Below the pieces are notes generated by a model. It saw only the letters and a list, made by a program, of their open reading frames with translations. It ran no database searches and was not told the origin of the DNA. The position numbers were made by a program, and so were the translations under genes. Below, in pieces: positions 50,506 to 63,829 of a DNA stretch of 63,829 nucleotides; the first letter of the stretch is position 1, and every line of letters starts with the position of its first letter. Source of the stretch: Schmidtea polychroa (lineage: Eukaryota); NCBI GenBank assembly GCA_044892525.1, contig CM097885.1, forward strand, positions 48,050,172 through 48,114,000. The letters are read 5' to 3'.

Positions 50506-50538
50506 ATCGAATGGGCAATCAATTTTATTATGCATTAC
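50506..50538 (+). CDS. Possible next micro-exon of the EGFR-like gene
   Basis: ttttatcctag|...|gtaatc, phase 1 to phase 1, giving CPK-DRMGNQFYYAL. Supported only by splice signals. Confidence 0.25.
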
Positions 50539-51504
50539 GTAATCCAATACAATGAGTTATTAATTACTAATAATTTATAATTAATAATAAAGAATTTGAC
50601 AAATATGCCATGTGAATAACTACATATTTGAGTAGAAATTTTTATCGTAAAGTTGTTCTTTTCATTTAGTTTTTGACTTTAACCTAGTGATTTTTTCTAT
50701 TTTCTAGAGTTAATAATTTAATGATGTTAAATTAAATTCAAATTGAAAAATATATATAATTTTATCAATTATCTAGAATAATTAAAAAATTGCTCTAGGA
50801 CCTAGAGTCTAGGTCCCAAAGCTTAGTAATTACGGATTACAAATCCGTAAAAGAGATCACATTTTAGTGTCGCATTTCTCATATAGTCAATATGTAAAGA
50901 CAAAAATAAACAATATATTAAAGTAAATGCATATTTTCTAAATTCATTTCTATTAGTAAATATAATATTGTGATAAAATACTCATTTTGAAATCAAAACC
51001 ACGATTTGATAAAATTCTATGAATATCAGTAAAATGAGTTCAACATCAATTATATTCACATGTGAAAGTGCAAGTGAGCATATTTATAGATTATGATAAA
51101 ATATCAATATTATCTAAAAATCAATAAAATTAAAAAGGCATTCACAGTGTAAATTATTTACAATAAAAAATCGTAATTACTTGTGAGACGCTGTCCAAAT
51201 TTTGTAAAAGGGAAACAATTATGATAAAAGGAAGCAATTTTGTTGGCATAGATCTATTACATGATTTGACTGAAATCCACTCTTTGTATTTTAATCCCGT
51301 TTTGGAAAATTCAATTATAGGGTATATAATTCCATATTACAGCAAAATATTTTACATCCATAATAATAAACATGAATATTTTTCCTAGTTGACAAAAATG
51401 CTCGTACATATTTTGGTTTGATTTTCTTTGAATTAAAAGAAAACATTTTTTATAATAAGCATTGAAAAACTTTAAAAACATTTTGTAATTACATTGCCTC
51501 ATGT

Positions 51505-51505
<1 letters not shown>

Positions 51506-51590
<85 letters not shown>
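51506..51590. repeat. (TAA)n microsatellite
   Basis: Pure tract, read directly. Confidence 0.95.
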
Positions 51591-51592
<2 letters not shown>

Positions 51593-52099
51593 TTTAAAAC
51601 TACATATAACTCGTCTAAAAATGACCAAATCATGTTATCAATCCAAATACATAATTCTCCATAGATTTGTATGTTCAAAAAAAATATTCTATTAAAATTA
51701 ACTAAAACAAAAATGTGTAACATAAGTAATAAAAAATAATTAATGGTTCAAATTAGACAAATTATGCATCATTCAATAGAAAGTTTATTTTCAGATAACA
51801 TTAAACTAAAAATGGTATGTTGTCTATCAAAATTAAAAGTTATAATAAAATTTGCCATTTGCTACACCAAGTTCTTAGAATGAATCTGTCGTTAAATATA
51901 TGATTGCTTGATATTTATTAGATTTATATTTTAAACTTACTACTAGTAAGAAATATAAAAATGACATGAAACAATGAGCTTTTAATTTGTCTTGTTAATA
52001 ATAATAAATTAATTAAATTAATTTGCAGTTATTAAAACAAAATTTAGTGATAGTTTATATAATATAATTAATATTATTCAATTTTAAAAAGGAAACTTT

Positions 52100-52900
52100 A
52101 GGGTGGCGCAACAAGAACTGCAATGATAAAAGCTAGTTATTTTAATGTTCACGTTTATTAATATGCAAGTAATTAATATACATATGGGAATTATATTGGG
52201 GAAATGATATGGACCATATGATCACCTTGACCCCTATTACAGATAATGACTCTGGGCAAAATGTTTAATAACGGATTCATATAAATGAAAAGATATATAC
52301 AATGAGTGATGTTGAATGTTGGTCATCAGAGGTTTGTTGGTTATTGGTATATATTTGAGATTTAATATAACATTAGACAAAAAGGTCTTAATTAGTTTTA
52401 TCATACAAGCATGGTGATTAATTAACATTTTCATGGCGAGAAATTATACGGTCTGAGAACCTTTTTCTGCAATTAAAACATTGATTCATCAATAGTATGG
52501 CAAGTAACCTGATCTTGTTGGAACCACATGTTTCCAACGTTCAAATCTTTCAAATGATGCAAAAAATAGTTTGAATCATTTTACGATATCAATTTTCATT
52601 GACGGAAACTGCTTGACCACGTTCTTTCTCGAAGAAATATGGTCCAATGACTTCTCCAGCCGAAATATCACACCAAAACATGTTTTGGACGAATTGACAC
52701 TTCTTGAATTGTTTTTTTGGATATTTTGTTGTCCATTTTGAACAATCCTGCTTGCTGACATAGCCATTTAAGTGGAAGTGCGCTTCGTCGCTAAAATGAT
52801 ATTTTTGAAGAATTCCCCATCTTCAATGCGTTCCAAGCACAATTTCACGAGACTTACGACGCTGTTGATGATCAACAAGCTTTATTTCTTGGCCCACTTG
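52100..52900 (-). mobile_element. Tc1/mariner (DD37D/maT-like) remnant
   Basis: The minus strand has FSDEAHFHLNGYVSKQ.C..W and FQQDQVTCHT. An AGGGTGGCGC TIR-like end lies at ~52100. Confidence 0.7.
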
Positions 52901-55900
52901 AATTTTATAAGGTAATAAATCCAAATTTACCAATGTTTAGTTGTCTAGGTACTTAGTTCATTTGCAACATTGCTATTTGCTTGTTTCTTAAATAAATTGT
53001 TCACTGTATTAAATGGGGACACATGATTACTAATGCACTTAGACACATGTTACTAATAAAGTCATCAAGTGTTCTTGGTTTCAGGTTCGATATTTTTCTT
53101 TGAGTTCAGATTGAAGTTTCAAATTAGTTACCCACAAGAAAGGATCTTAACTTGCATTGATGATTATCAATATCGGAATAACAAGAGAAAATAGGCATAA
53201 GGTACCTAAACCAAAAAAACTAAATTTACAAATATAATTTAAAATATATTTCCTTAAAATATTTGCCAATTCAGTTTAACCTTTGTAAATTAGAATCACT
53301 ACTTATCACCATGTCTCTTACATTTTATACAAATTTTATTAAATAAAATAACATGAATTTGACTTTTAGAAATACATAGTTAAAATTCTTGCTTGAATAT
53401 TTCATATCAAAATAAACCTAATAATTTGTTTTACTAAAATCTATTTTTGGATAAATAAATATATTTTTTGGATTATTAATTTAGAAGATAAGAGTAGAAA
53501 TTAAAATTAATTCCAGAAATTAACTTTTTAATTATTTATTAAATTTATTATTTAAAATGAAATAAATTTTAAAAACACTAAAATACCAAAATGTATTTAA
53601 AAGTGAACAACGAAAAAAAATCTGAAAAAATAATTGTCGAATAAAATTTATGCTTTTCAAGCATCATTTCTCATGAGATAATGTGACTCATTTTAGATTA
53701 CATTTTTTTCCACTTTTCATTTTTTTTCGTAGGAAATTCGTCTCATCTTTGTTAGAAATATTAAAACAAAATAACTCACGTGATAAAAAATCATTTTCTA
53801 AAATATTTTATTGATTATTCAAAGAATTAAAAAATTCTAAAAATAAATACGGACATTTAAATAAGGACTGTCTAAATTTTGGGATTTTTTTGTCGCATAA
53901 TTTTTCTTATTTTTCCTAACTGCCTTTATAATGTTATCAGAGCAGCAGGGATCACTGATATTGTGAAAATGAAATGATAAGGTGTGACGTAATAAATTGT
54001 AAAATTTGGAAATGAGATATATAGATTCGAAGAAGGCTAAAATTTTATGATGGAATTTTTTAAAGAAAATAAGTTGCTGTATTTTATTGTCAGTGGATTT
54101 TCTTTGACTTAATTTTCCTAAATTTTTCATTTTCATGTAGTTGTTTCCATTCAACTTTCATATGACACTGTATACAAATTGCGGCAGGTCTCCAATATCA
54201 CGGTATACTTATAACACGGCTTTTATATAATATGACTTGATTAGATTAACCAACGCGGTTCCCAAATAAATCGTATTATAACATAGGTTTTTTTGCCTTT
54301 AAGAATAACAGCTCTATTTTATAGAAGCCAATCAGTTTCAAAATTTGTGGTTAAGTTTTTGTTAATGTTAACTTCATGTCATTTTCAATATTTGCTTTAT
54401 TTTTTTTAAATAAAGAAGTGCTGAATATCTATTCTCATACAGATATGTAGAAGCAAATAGGAATAAATCTCTAAAAGTAAGCGTGGTGACATATGGACTG
54501 ACTCCACTTTCAATTAAGACGACTCAAATGATATTTTATTTTTTGATTTATTGTACTTTATGTTTTGAATATTCTCTAAAGCTATAGGATTGTTAGATTA
54601 ATGAGTCTTTATTGACTCCACTCTCTTTTAAATACAACACCAATATTAAAGCTTTATAATTTGAAACAAGACTTTGGTTATTATAATAAAGTTCGGAACC
54701 CCTGGTAACTCCAATCTTTTCTTCTTGTATATTTTGATTTTATCTTCTGCTTTTATTTTCATTATCTGTTAAATGCATCTTCAAAGGTCATTTTAGTATC
54801 CATTCTTTTTTTCTGTATTTTATATCACTGTTCTTGAAGCCCAACTTGTATTTTAAGTTTATGAAAGAAGATTATATGAAATCAATGATTTCCAAACAAG
54901 TAGAAAGGTTTAAGTCAATAAACGATTCAAGTTCTTCAATCGTTGAAACTCTTCAACCTGCTATGTTGGAGCATTTTAGATAATATCTTTTCATTCAACA
55001 CTCCAGAAGCATTGAGGAGATGACGGTTTACTTTGAATTACAAAAATAAGTTTTCATTTTAATTAAAACCCGAGAAAAATTTAATATTTTTATTTTAGAG
55101 ACATTTTAAATAATTATTAATATTTATTACGGATTTGCATTCGATTTGGAATATTTGAATTGTAAAAAACTAGCTTTATATGCAAAATTTTTGTCAATTA
55201 TTTCATAGCTCTAACAGATGATGTAGTGTAAATAATATATTTTGAATTGCAATTTTGATGCATATTTTATTCAGTTGACTGGTTGACATTAGTTGACATT
55301 TCTCCAGGGGTCCCCTAGCAGGTGTTTTGCTATTTTATGTACTTGGAAATTCGATTATGAGCGATTATTTTAACAAAATGTTTTTCATATCAGATGTGTT
55401 ATTAAACTATAACTATTTACATTTGTTATTTGTATGTTTAGTCAAATGTTTTATTTTTTAACTAAAAAAGATATGTGAATTGTTCAGGCAATACATAGAG
55501 GGTGGATGATATAAAATTTAAAGGCCAAGTAAAATTATTGATTAATTTGATTTAAATAACTGACGCAAATATACCAGGTAATAACGTATACATTTGTTCA
55601 TTTTATATTTCAGATATAATTATATTGATAATGAAATACTTATTTTCTACAACTATATTTACTAGAATTCTATTACGTTATTATCTTTAGGAAGAATTAT
55701 AAATAGATTGGGTACAATTAATTCAAAACGAATTTATTGAGTAACGATGTCAATATTTTAATTTTAAAATCAGAGGTTAATTATGATGTTTGATGGTGTT
55801 TGAATGTTAGTATGTGTGCGTGTTTGGAGGTATTCTGTATCAATACTTAGTTAACCAATTTGTTGCATAATAAAATTGAATACTTCTGTCTCTTCTTAAC

Positions 55901-57253
55901 AATCACTTGAAAAATACTGCCGAAAATTCGTGAATATCAAAAAACATCGATATATTTACTGATTCATAGTCAAGCTTTTTAATAAATACAATTATATTTA
56001 AATCAATAATATTAAATTATTTATAATTTAAAAATATATCATTGTTTGAATATACTAAGAATCAGCAAAAAAACTTGAAATTTAGGAGCTGGACTTCAAA
56101 TCCATGTTGGTATAATTCATCGTAAATTACTAAAATATAATTTCATGGAAAAATTGAAATTGGAGCACATGTGATGTATGACTACTGTTATAACTGCTGA
56201 AGTTCTAGAATTACCCCATTCTGGGAAATTTTCAATTAGCCATTCATAACTACTAAGTAATGAATGAATTGTTTATACTGCTCTTCATTACTCAACTTTT
56301 TAAAGGATAATACAAACATACGTAGAATATATAATGTTTATGTGTGACGAAGCTTAGGCTGAAAAAGTAGATGTGAAAGAGATAAGTCCAACGTTATGTC
56401 TAATGAATTTCGTGGTGATAATTACACTTTGTTACAATCTACAAAACTGTTAGTTTAAAATAATGCTGATGATTTATTTAATGTCTTTTAACGAAAGACA
56501 AAATTTAATAGGAATGTATTAATTACTCTATAATTTAAAACATGATTTGTAAGCATATGACCATCTGAGCATTTGATACCAGGATTGGTAGTAGGTATTA
56601 ATTATTTATTGAAAACATGGATTCATATGGTTTTGGTCCAATGAACTAAATGTTTTTGTTGTTTTTATTTATTTAACTTTTTGATAAAGAAATTTTTTTT
56701 AAATTGTTTTTTGGTATGTAATTTATTTTAGTTTCTTACATTTTGACATTGGTTTTACAATTCTTTTTGACTCTTTTTAGAAATAACTTCTAATTTCCCT
56801 ACTGGTCATTACTGGACTCGATTTATTAGTCGCAAATTAAATCTTTATTATCATTTTATGACGATTTATATTGCAGATTGGGCTACCGATAATAAATTTG
56901 AAATTCGTTGATAATATTGCCTGAGGTTAAATTTTAAATGACAGGAAATATTTTTTATCAAATTTCCTAAAAGTGTTTTGAATATAAAATCTAATTTTGA
57001 GAAATTTGAACTCACGAAAGAGGTCCTACAACGGAATTATCGCCACTGTTTGAGCGTCTCAAAATTTGGTTAAAGATATTGAAATTAAATTACAAAAAAT
57101 TTCTTATTTAAATTATTTAATTTTAATACTGTAAATTTAACGTTAAAATTAATAATGCATAAAATAAAATAATATTATTAAAATTATTAATATCAAATAG
57201 AAAATTTTATTGAGTTCGAAAAATTAGATAGTTAATTTAGCTATTGTTTAAAG

Positions 57254-59696
57254 CAGGGCTTCTTAAACTTTTTTCATTTACGACCCCATTTATGATTGCG
57301 AGTTTCCTAGCGACCCCATATAAATATAACAGAAAGATAAATAAGTATTTTTTGATGGTTTATTTATTATGTAACAATACACATGAAAAAATATAGTTTT
57401 AGAATTCGTTTGGAAACATACAAAAATTTAAAATTAAATTTAATGAGATGGATGTGCCTGTTTTTTATTGCATAACAAATTAAATCTTGGTGGAATGTTT
57501 GACACTGCTGGACGTAAGACCTCTACAACATTTTTTAGCGATGAATGATATTGGGATTTAATATGTGTTAAAGCTGAGAAAGTAACTTCACATAAATATG
57601 TGGTGTTGAATGGCAGAAGCACATTTAACGCCATATCAGCGATTGTGGGAAATTCAGTTCTAGTTCCGATCCAGAATTTAGTCAAGGGCTTTTTTGGAAA
57701 ATGTAGTTTTAGGTTTGAGTCACTCGAAAGCTCAGCAAATTCCTCTTGTGCTTTAAGTGGCAGGTGATCAATCTCACTCAAGTCAGTCCAAAACGGTTTT
57801 TGAATCCAAGCTACCTTTTTGAAATCAATATTTAATATAAAATATGTGCGGAACTGTGTTTCTAGCGTTTTTAAGTGATCTACAATAATTATTGCGATAA
57901 TAGTTTTACAATGATTTTTCTCGATTATAAAATTGTCGAGACTGGAAAACATTTCGAACGAATTCTTTTCTACTCTACTTTTCCAAATGTTGATCTTTTT
58001 AATAAAACTTTCAATTTTATCATTAGAAGTAAATATATCGCAATTTTTTCCTTGAAGAGACAAGTTGAGATCGTTTAATTTCTCAAAGATATCTGACAAA
58101 TAACACAGCTTAGATAGCCATAAGTCATTTTGAAAAAAAGCAGCAAGTTCACATTTTCGTTCGGTTAAAAATATTTCGATTTCATCCTTTAATAACAATA
58201 ATCTTCTTAAACTTTTACCTCTTGACAGCCATCTTACTTCTGCATGTAATAATAAAGTTGTGTAGTTGGAATCCGTATCCTTGCAGAGATTTGAAAATAA
58301 GCGACTGTTAAGGGCATGGCTCTTAATAAAATTTATAATCTTTACAGCATTCTGAAGCACATCGTTCAATTCTGGTGCTAATTTTTTTGATGCAAGGGCC
58401 TCTCTGTGAATAAGACAGTGAGTAAAAGTTATATGATCATAAGGAGCAGCTTGAAAAAATGATTTAAAACCAATATTTTTGCCCGTCATCGCTCTTGCAC
58501 CATCTGTGCATATTCCACAGCAATTTTTCCATTCTAAACCTTCAGTTTTTAAAAATTCGTCAACTTTACAATATATGTCTTTCCCTGTAGTATGGTCTTT
58601 CATAGGACGAGAAAATAACAATTCTTCCTCCACGTTTTCTTTATAAACGTACCTGACATATACTAACAACTGAGCCAATTTATTAATATCCGTTGTTTCG
58701 TCCAACTGAATTGAAAATTTTGGGCTTTCTTTAATTCTTGCAATAAGTTGCACTAATTGGTCCTTGTTAATATCAGAAATTCTATTCGCGACAGTATCGT
58801 TCGACAAAGGAATTTTTCGAATATCATCGCCATATTTACTTCCATGTAGTATTTCTACCATTTTAATAGCAGCAGGTAATATAAGATCTTCTCCAATGGT
58901 GAACGGCTTTTTCTTTTTAGCAATACAGTATGAAACTTCATATGACGCTAATAAATATTTTTCATTAACGGTCATAAATTTTTGAAAGGATTTTTTTTCT
59001 TTATTTAAAGATTTATACAATCTTTCAAAATATTCTTTTGGTTTATTGACATACGAAACATGCTTTGATTCAAGATGTCTTTTTAATTTTGATGGTTTCA
59101 TACTCTCCGCAGCCAATAATTCATTGCAGATCAAACAAAGAGGTTGTTCATTACCATTACAAATTTGAAATGTAAAGCCAAATTGAAGAAAAGACTCATC
59201 ATATTTTCTTTTTCGCACATTAAATGGCTGTTTTTCAATACTTTGTCCTGCCTGAGGAGAGTTTGTAGCATTATCATCTGCGTCATTATCATTCTTATTT
59301 AAGTTCAGCCATTTATCCATGGCCAATAAATATATAAAAATAACATATTGCATATAATAATTGTCATTAAAAAATGTCATTAAATTTAATAACACATAAA
59401 AATTTCACAAATATTACTTTAAAATGAAGTTCAATAAAATTAATATTATTTTAATAAATAAACAAAAGTAGTACATTAATTTATACTATAAATTTTATAC
59501 TATTCTGATATATTATAAATTAATCGAAAAGTAATTTTCGAAAACAAAATATTTTTAGAGTTAAAAAACATTAAATAGTCATTAATTTAAAAAAAAATCG
59601 TGTATTTAAATATTTGGCATTAAAAATCTCTCGCGACCCCAGAATTATGCTAAGCGACCCCATTTGGGGTCGCGACCCATAGTTTAAGAAGGCCTG
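57254..59696 (-). mobile_element. Full-length Buster/Charlie-type hAT transposon (2443 bp)
   Basis: TIR CAGGGCTTCTTAAACT / AGTTTAAGAAGGCCTG, GCGACCCC subterminal repeats and 8-bp TSD GTTTAAAG / GTTTAAAT (central TA). Confidence 0.92.
57440..59320 (-). CDS. Uninterrupted Buster-type hAT transposase (~626 aa from MDKWL; ZBED5/SCAND3/FAM200-like)
   Basis: BED finger CLIC...HLESKH, then LDETTD, CTDGA, CLIHRE, EVRWLSRG and YLCEVTFS. No stops or frameshifts. Confidence 0.92.
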   Translation of the reverse strand: MDKWLNLNKNDNDADDNATNSPQAGQSIEKQPFNVRKRKYDESFLQFGFTFQICNGNEQPLCLICNELLAAESMKPSKLKRHLESKHVSYVNKPKEYFERLYKSLNKEKKSFQKFMTVNEKYLLASYEVSYCIAKKKKPFTIGEDLILPAAIKMVEILHGSKYGDDIRKIPLSNDTVANRISDINKDQLVQLIARIKESPKFSIQLDETTDINKLAQLLVYVRYVYKENVEEELLFSRPMKDHTTGKDIYCKVDEFLKTEGLEWKNCCGICTDGARAMTGKNIGFKSFFQAAPYDHITFTHCLIHREALASKKLAPELNDVLQNAVKIINFIKSHALNSRLFSNLCKDTDSNYTTLLLHAEVRWLSRGKSLRRLLLLKDEIEIFLTERKCELAAFFQNDLWLSKLCYLSDIFEKLNDLNLSLQGKNCDIFTSNDKIESFIKKINIWKSRVEKNSFEMFSSLDNFIIEKNHCKTIIAIIIVDHLKTLETQFRTYFILNIDFKKVAWIQKPFWTDLSEIDHLPLKAQEEFAELSSDSNLKLHFPKKPLTKFWIGTRTEFPTIADMALNVLLPFNTTYLCEVTFSALTHIKSQYHSSLKNVVEVLRPAVSNIPPRFNLLCNKKQAHPSH

Positions 59697-60745
59697 GTTT
59701 AAATAATAAAATATTTTTAACAATATTTTAATATAAAATTTAATTTAATTTAAAAATTAAATTCTTTGTAAAAATATATAAAATGTCATTAATGAAATTT
59801 TATTTAGATTAAATAAAATTAGAGTTATAAGAATACTAACAATGATCTACCTTCCTATTGTAGTTATAAATTTTTAACAAAATCCCAAACGTGCGTTACT
59901 CAGATGTAATTTACATTTAATGGATTAAAATGTGTCAAATGAAAAGTGACAGATTTTTGTTAATTTCTTTAAAAAAATTTTAAGAATAATTTGGAATTTA
60001 TCGAAAAAATTGTTTCTAGTACGATTTTAATATATATTTAAAATAAATTATTTTTTATATTAACTGATGTTATAGAAATTAATAATGATTTTAATTAGAA
60101 TAAGATATTTTATTGCAATATTTATTTAAGAAATTTCAAACAGGAACATGCAATTTCGATATTATTTATAGTACTGCTACTTGCTTAATCTTTACTTGCT
60201 TTATCATGAGTTTAAGCGATATACCATTTCCAAATTCTCCAAAATGTGTACATTGCTTGGTGCAAGCGTATGCATACGTTGTATTCAATACACATACAGT
60301 TAAATTCACGAGACTAATACATCTGGATCTAATTACATCCATTAAAATCATGCAAAATTTCACACACATTTAAGTTATTTGTGCATTGATTCGTATAAAA
60401 CCCTAAAAATATCAGGTGAGCGTAACGTACAAATTGCATACATATAGCAAATTCAACTTGTAAATAATGTATTATGAATATCAGGCACGCACCCAGGGGA
60501 CTGACGAGTTTAAGCGCCCCAAACTCATAACCAAAATATCATCTTTAAACTATAGTTTCTACAGGAACGGTATATAAAATAAGTAGATCACAGACACATA
60601 TATTCGTAAAAAAGACATAGTCCCGGCTAGCACAATAAATACTATATAGTTTTATCAGATATAAGTTACACACACTATATATTTTAATGTACTACATATA
60701 CACTACATGGTTTTATAAGATATAAGTTATACACATACTATATAG

Positions 60746-61269
60746 CAGTCTTTCTCAAAGTGGGTGATAACGCCTCCTTGTGGGCGTTTGAGACTTAGAA
60801 GGGGGCGTTAAAGGGCCCTGAAAAAATGGGGGGGGCGTTGGCGTGGATTAAGAGGGCGATGGTAGATTTGTAATTTCATTTACTTTATATTTTAAATTTC
60901 ACTAAAATTAAAACCACCTACTACACAATAACGAATAATTAGTTTATATTTCTACCCTGAATGATGGTACGCAATCAAGTTGTAAGTTTCTGTTAAATAA
61001 CGCTATTGGAGCAATCCGGTAGCAATCGGCTGGTTCATCGATACTTGTCCTAACTTGGTTAGTACGATTGAGCGTCGAAAGAGATATTTATATATTATAT
61101 AACCTCCTTATATCACTTTCCTTTTCTAATCAATCAGATTCTTTTAGAATATGCAACTAATATATATTTCTGCTTAAATGCTATTAAAATTGAAAAAAAT
61201 CCAGGGGGCGCTGATTAATATTTTTTGCGGAAATGGGGGCGGTAAATCAAATAAATTTGGGAACCAATG
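60746..61269. mobile_element. Buster-type hAT MITE (524 bp)
   Basis: CAGTCTTTCTCAAA ... TTTGGGAACCAATG ends and a perfect 8-bp TSD CTATATAG. Confidence 0.85.
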
Positions 61270-61298
61270 CTATATAGGTTAATTAATTACTCACTATA

Positions 61299-62368
61299 CA
61301 CCCGTTTGCGAAATATAACATAGCCTATAATCTTAAAAAAATCAATAAATATATATTATAGGAATACACAAACTTACCTGTATGTAAAATTTAATGCTGC
61401 GAAAGTTAACATATTTATTATAGGAATCAAAAAAGTGAGAGAATATAATTAAGCATACAAACACAGCACACATAATGAAAAATACATACAAAATTAATAG
61501 TGTTTTTTTTGCGAAATTAACATTGATTAACATATAATTAACATATCAATATTTTCAAATTATTTAAAAATTTATGCACAAAAAAACTTTTGAATCAGAT
61601 TCCGACTACTCTACCTTGATCGTCAGAGAAAAAGAAGAAAATAAATACGTAAGATTTAATTATAAAATAATTTGGAATATAAAATTTCTTTAGATTTACA
61701 GATATTTGAAGATCTGACAATGTAAGATTTATTCATTAAAATATAAAACATTAAAATATTTTACAGTATAGCAGATATTTCTTGGCAAGCACTGCCTTTG
61801 TGTGAAGGTAGCATTTTCAAACATTGTAGAAGGTCCTTCGACATCTTTGAATTTGCAGAAAAAAAAATCTCAAATCGTAAATTTTAATAAATTATTTTAA
61901 CAAATTAATATTTTCATAGAATTACAGAAAAAGACAAAATTCGAAAGAAGATTACAAAAACTTAAAACACTATTTTATCCATTCTTTCCTAAGTGTCTTT
62001 AAAAAATAAATGTTTGGTGAACACTTTATTTATTTATAATTATAAAAATATCTAACTTACATTTTTACGAAATAAATCCAAATAAATCCAAATAAAATAT
62101 CATAAAATTCCTAAAAAACACCTGAAATTTAATTATTAATATATTATATTATAAATGCTGACTTGAACTTGAATATTGATCTCATAATTATATAAAATCA
62201 AAATACAAGTCCTAAAAATTACTTTAATTCAAAAACTTACCTTAAAACGATTTTTGAAAAATTGAATAAATGAAATTAAGTTAACATTGTCATATAATTG
62301 ATGACTCATCTCAACTGGTGTGCACACCAACGTATATTATAGACAATGTTAACTTTCGCAAACGGGTG
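61299..62368. mobile_element. Non-autonomous Tc1/mariner-type element (1070 bp)
   Basis: TA|CACCCGTTTGCGAAA ... TTTCGCAAACGGGTG|TA. GCGAAA(G)TTAACAT is repeated internally at ~61397 and ~61511. Confidence 0.75.
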
Positions 62369-62517
62369 TATTGTTTTATTTAATAAATGAGTATGTTACA
62401 GATAGATACATACACACCTAAAAATAGCAATCCCTTTAAAACATTATGGAAATTATTCATGCCAAGACAAATAACAATTCTATATAAATATCTACTTTAA
62501 AACCTAGTCCCAACTAG

Positions 62518-62518
<1 letters not shown>

Positions 62519-62586
<68 letters not shown>

Positions 62587-62727
62587 GGTCAAGTCAATAA
62601 ATAACATCTTTTTATTTAAATATTGTCGGTTTTATATCAATTATTTTGAGAGTTCCTAACCGTTTATTATTTTGAACAAGGGCATGTGCAATACTAGTGC
62701 ATGATTAACAAAGGCATGACAAATCTA

Positions 62728-62786
<59 letters not shown>
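62519..62786. repeat. Two (TA)n microsatellites
   Basis: Tracts at ~62519-62582 and ~62731-62786. Confidence 0.95.
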
Positions 62787-62787
<1 letters not shown>

Positions 62788-63199
62788 CTTTTATTAGTTA
62801 GTAATAGGTTAAGAGTATACCTGCGTTCTTTATAAATATCAATTTTTTCATTGCATCATTTAAGAAGTTTTCATAAAGTCATTACCACACAATTTCTTTA
62901 TTTATACCATAATGACGAATAATAAAACTATTTATTTTTTGGTCTTGAATTTTCTTTTATCAATAATATTATATTTTTTATAAATTTTTAATATAGAAAC
63001 ATTTTGTTAAATTCTCATTATTAAAAAATTTGTCCTCATGAATTTAATTTTTAAAGAAATTATTAATCATTTTATTAGAATATATTTATTTAAATTAAGA
63101 TGACAATGAAATATAAATGCTATGAGTTAATAACAACAATCTAATAAATCATTTATTTTCTATTTATTTCACACAAAAAATTATTTGTTTAACATAATA

Positions 63200-63829
63200 A
63201 AGATTTTCTTTCCTATCTATGTATAATTATTGGCTTATTAATTTTTTGGGAATAATTCTAATATTTTTTATTAAAGTTTATCACTGAAATTATTATTATT
63301 ATCATAAATATTACTAGTTTCATTATGTTGATAATGTTATTGGATTCAAATAAATATAACAGTTAGTCACTTCAATATATTGTCATTTATATTTTATGTG
63401 TCATTTAATCACCCATTACATGAAAACTGATAAACGAGATCAGAACATAAACTAATCGGTATAAGATATTTATCAGCAAATACTCTACTTATTTTACACA
63501 ATATTACATAACCCATTGTTTTCATAACGTCATATTTCAAGGATTTATAACCTTCAGAATGAGGTAATATCACTACTTATTTATATGGAAGAATCCAGGA
63601 CAGTTTTCAATCTTATCCTTAAGTTGAGATTTGTTAATACAATGCTCAATAGTCTCACGAATACATATATAACTAAATATATAACTAAATTAATAATTGC
63701 ATTTAATTGAATAATTTCATCCTTAAAGTGAAGTAATTCCTAAATTGTGGAACAGTAGAAACATTTTCTTTGTCATATTTACAAACATAATATTTTTAAC
63801 CAATTTTTTTAAAATCAAATTTTTAATAT
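63200..63829 (-). mobile_element. Penelope-like GIY-YIG remnant
   Basis: The minus strand reads ...FADKYLIPISLCSDLVYQFSCNG*, matching PLE DK.P....S.VVY.FSC..C. Confidence 0.6.

Noticed and set aside
60113-60415. Cys-containing ORFs on both strands and a GTGAG donor
   Set aside because: The Cys spacing does not fit furin-like repeats, and the donor is not linked to an open frame with an acceptor.

Overview
AT-rich, intron-rich animal genomic DNA. The style resembles a triclad flatworm, but the species cannot be determined from the sequence. One host gene spans most of the window on the + strand: a divergent EGFR/ErbB-family receptor. Ten phase-compatible GT-AG exons (24164-49045, 1617 nt) encode furin-like domain II, L-domain III and an extended Cys-rich domain IV. 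A likely signal-peptide exon lies at 4679-4757. Domain I, transmembrane and kinase exons were not located. The introns are packed with transposons: an intact-looking Buster-type hAT, a hATm with one nonsense codon, several MITEs with TSDs, mariner/Tc1/MULE/Penelope remnants and two Maverick (Polinton) derivatives with AGTAG...CTACT ends and 6-bp TSDs. Two observations stand out. (1) A 9.6-kb Maverick derivative (10631-20276) has ~3.4-kb near-identical inverted arms, a nested inner inverted repeat and no recognisable integrase, polymerase or capsid gene. (2) Two unrelated foldback-prone repeat families share a variant minimal hammerhead-ribozyme motif: U3-A8 core swap, one extra nucleotide after A9, and GAA-AAUU-C at the predicted cleavage site. 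About ten N-runs hide sequence, so some exons and element ends may be invisible.
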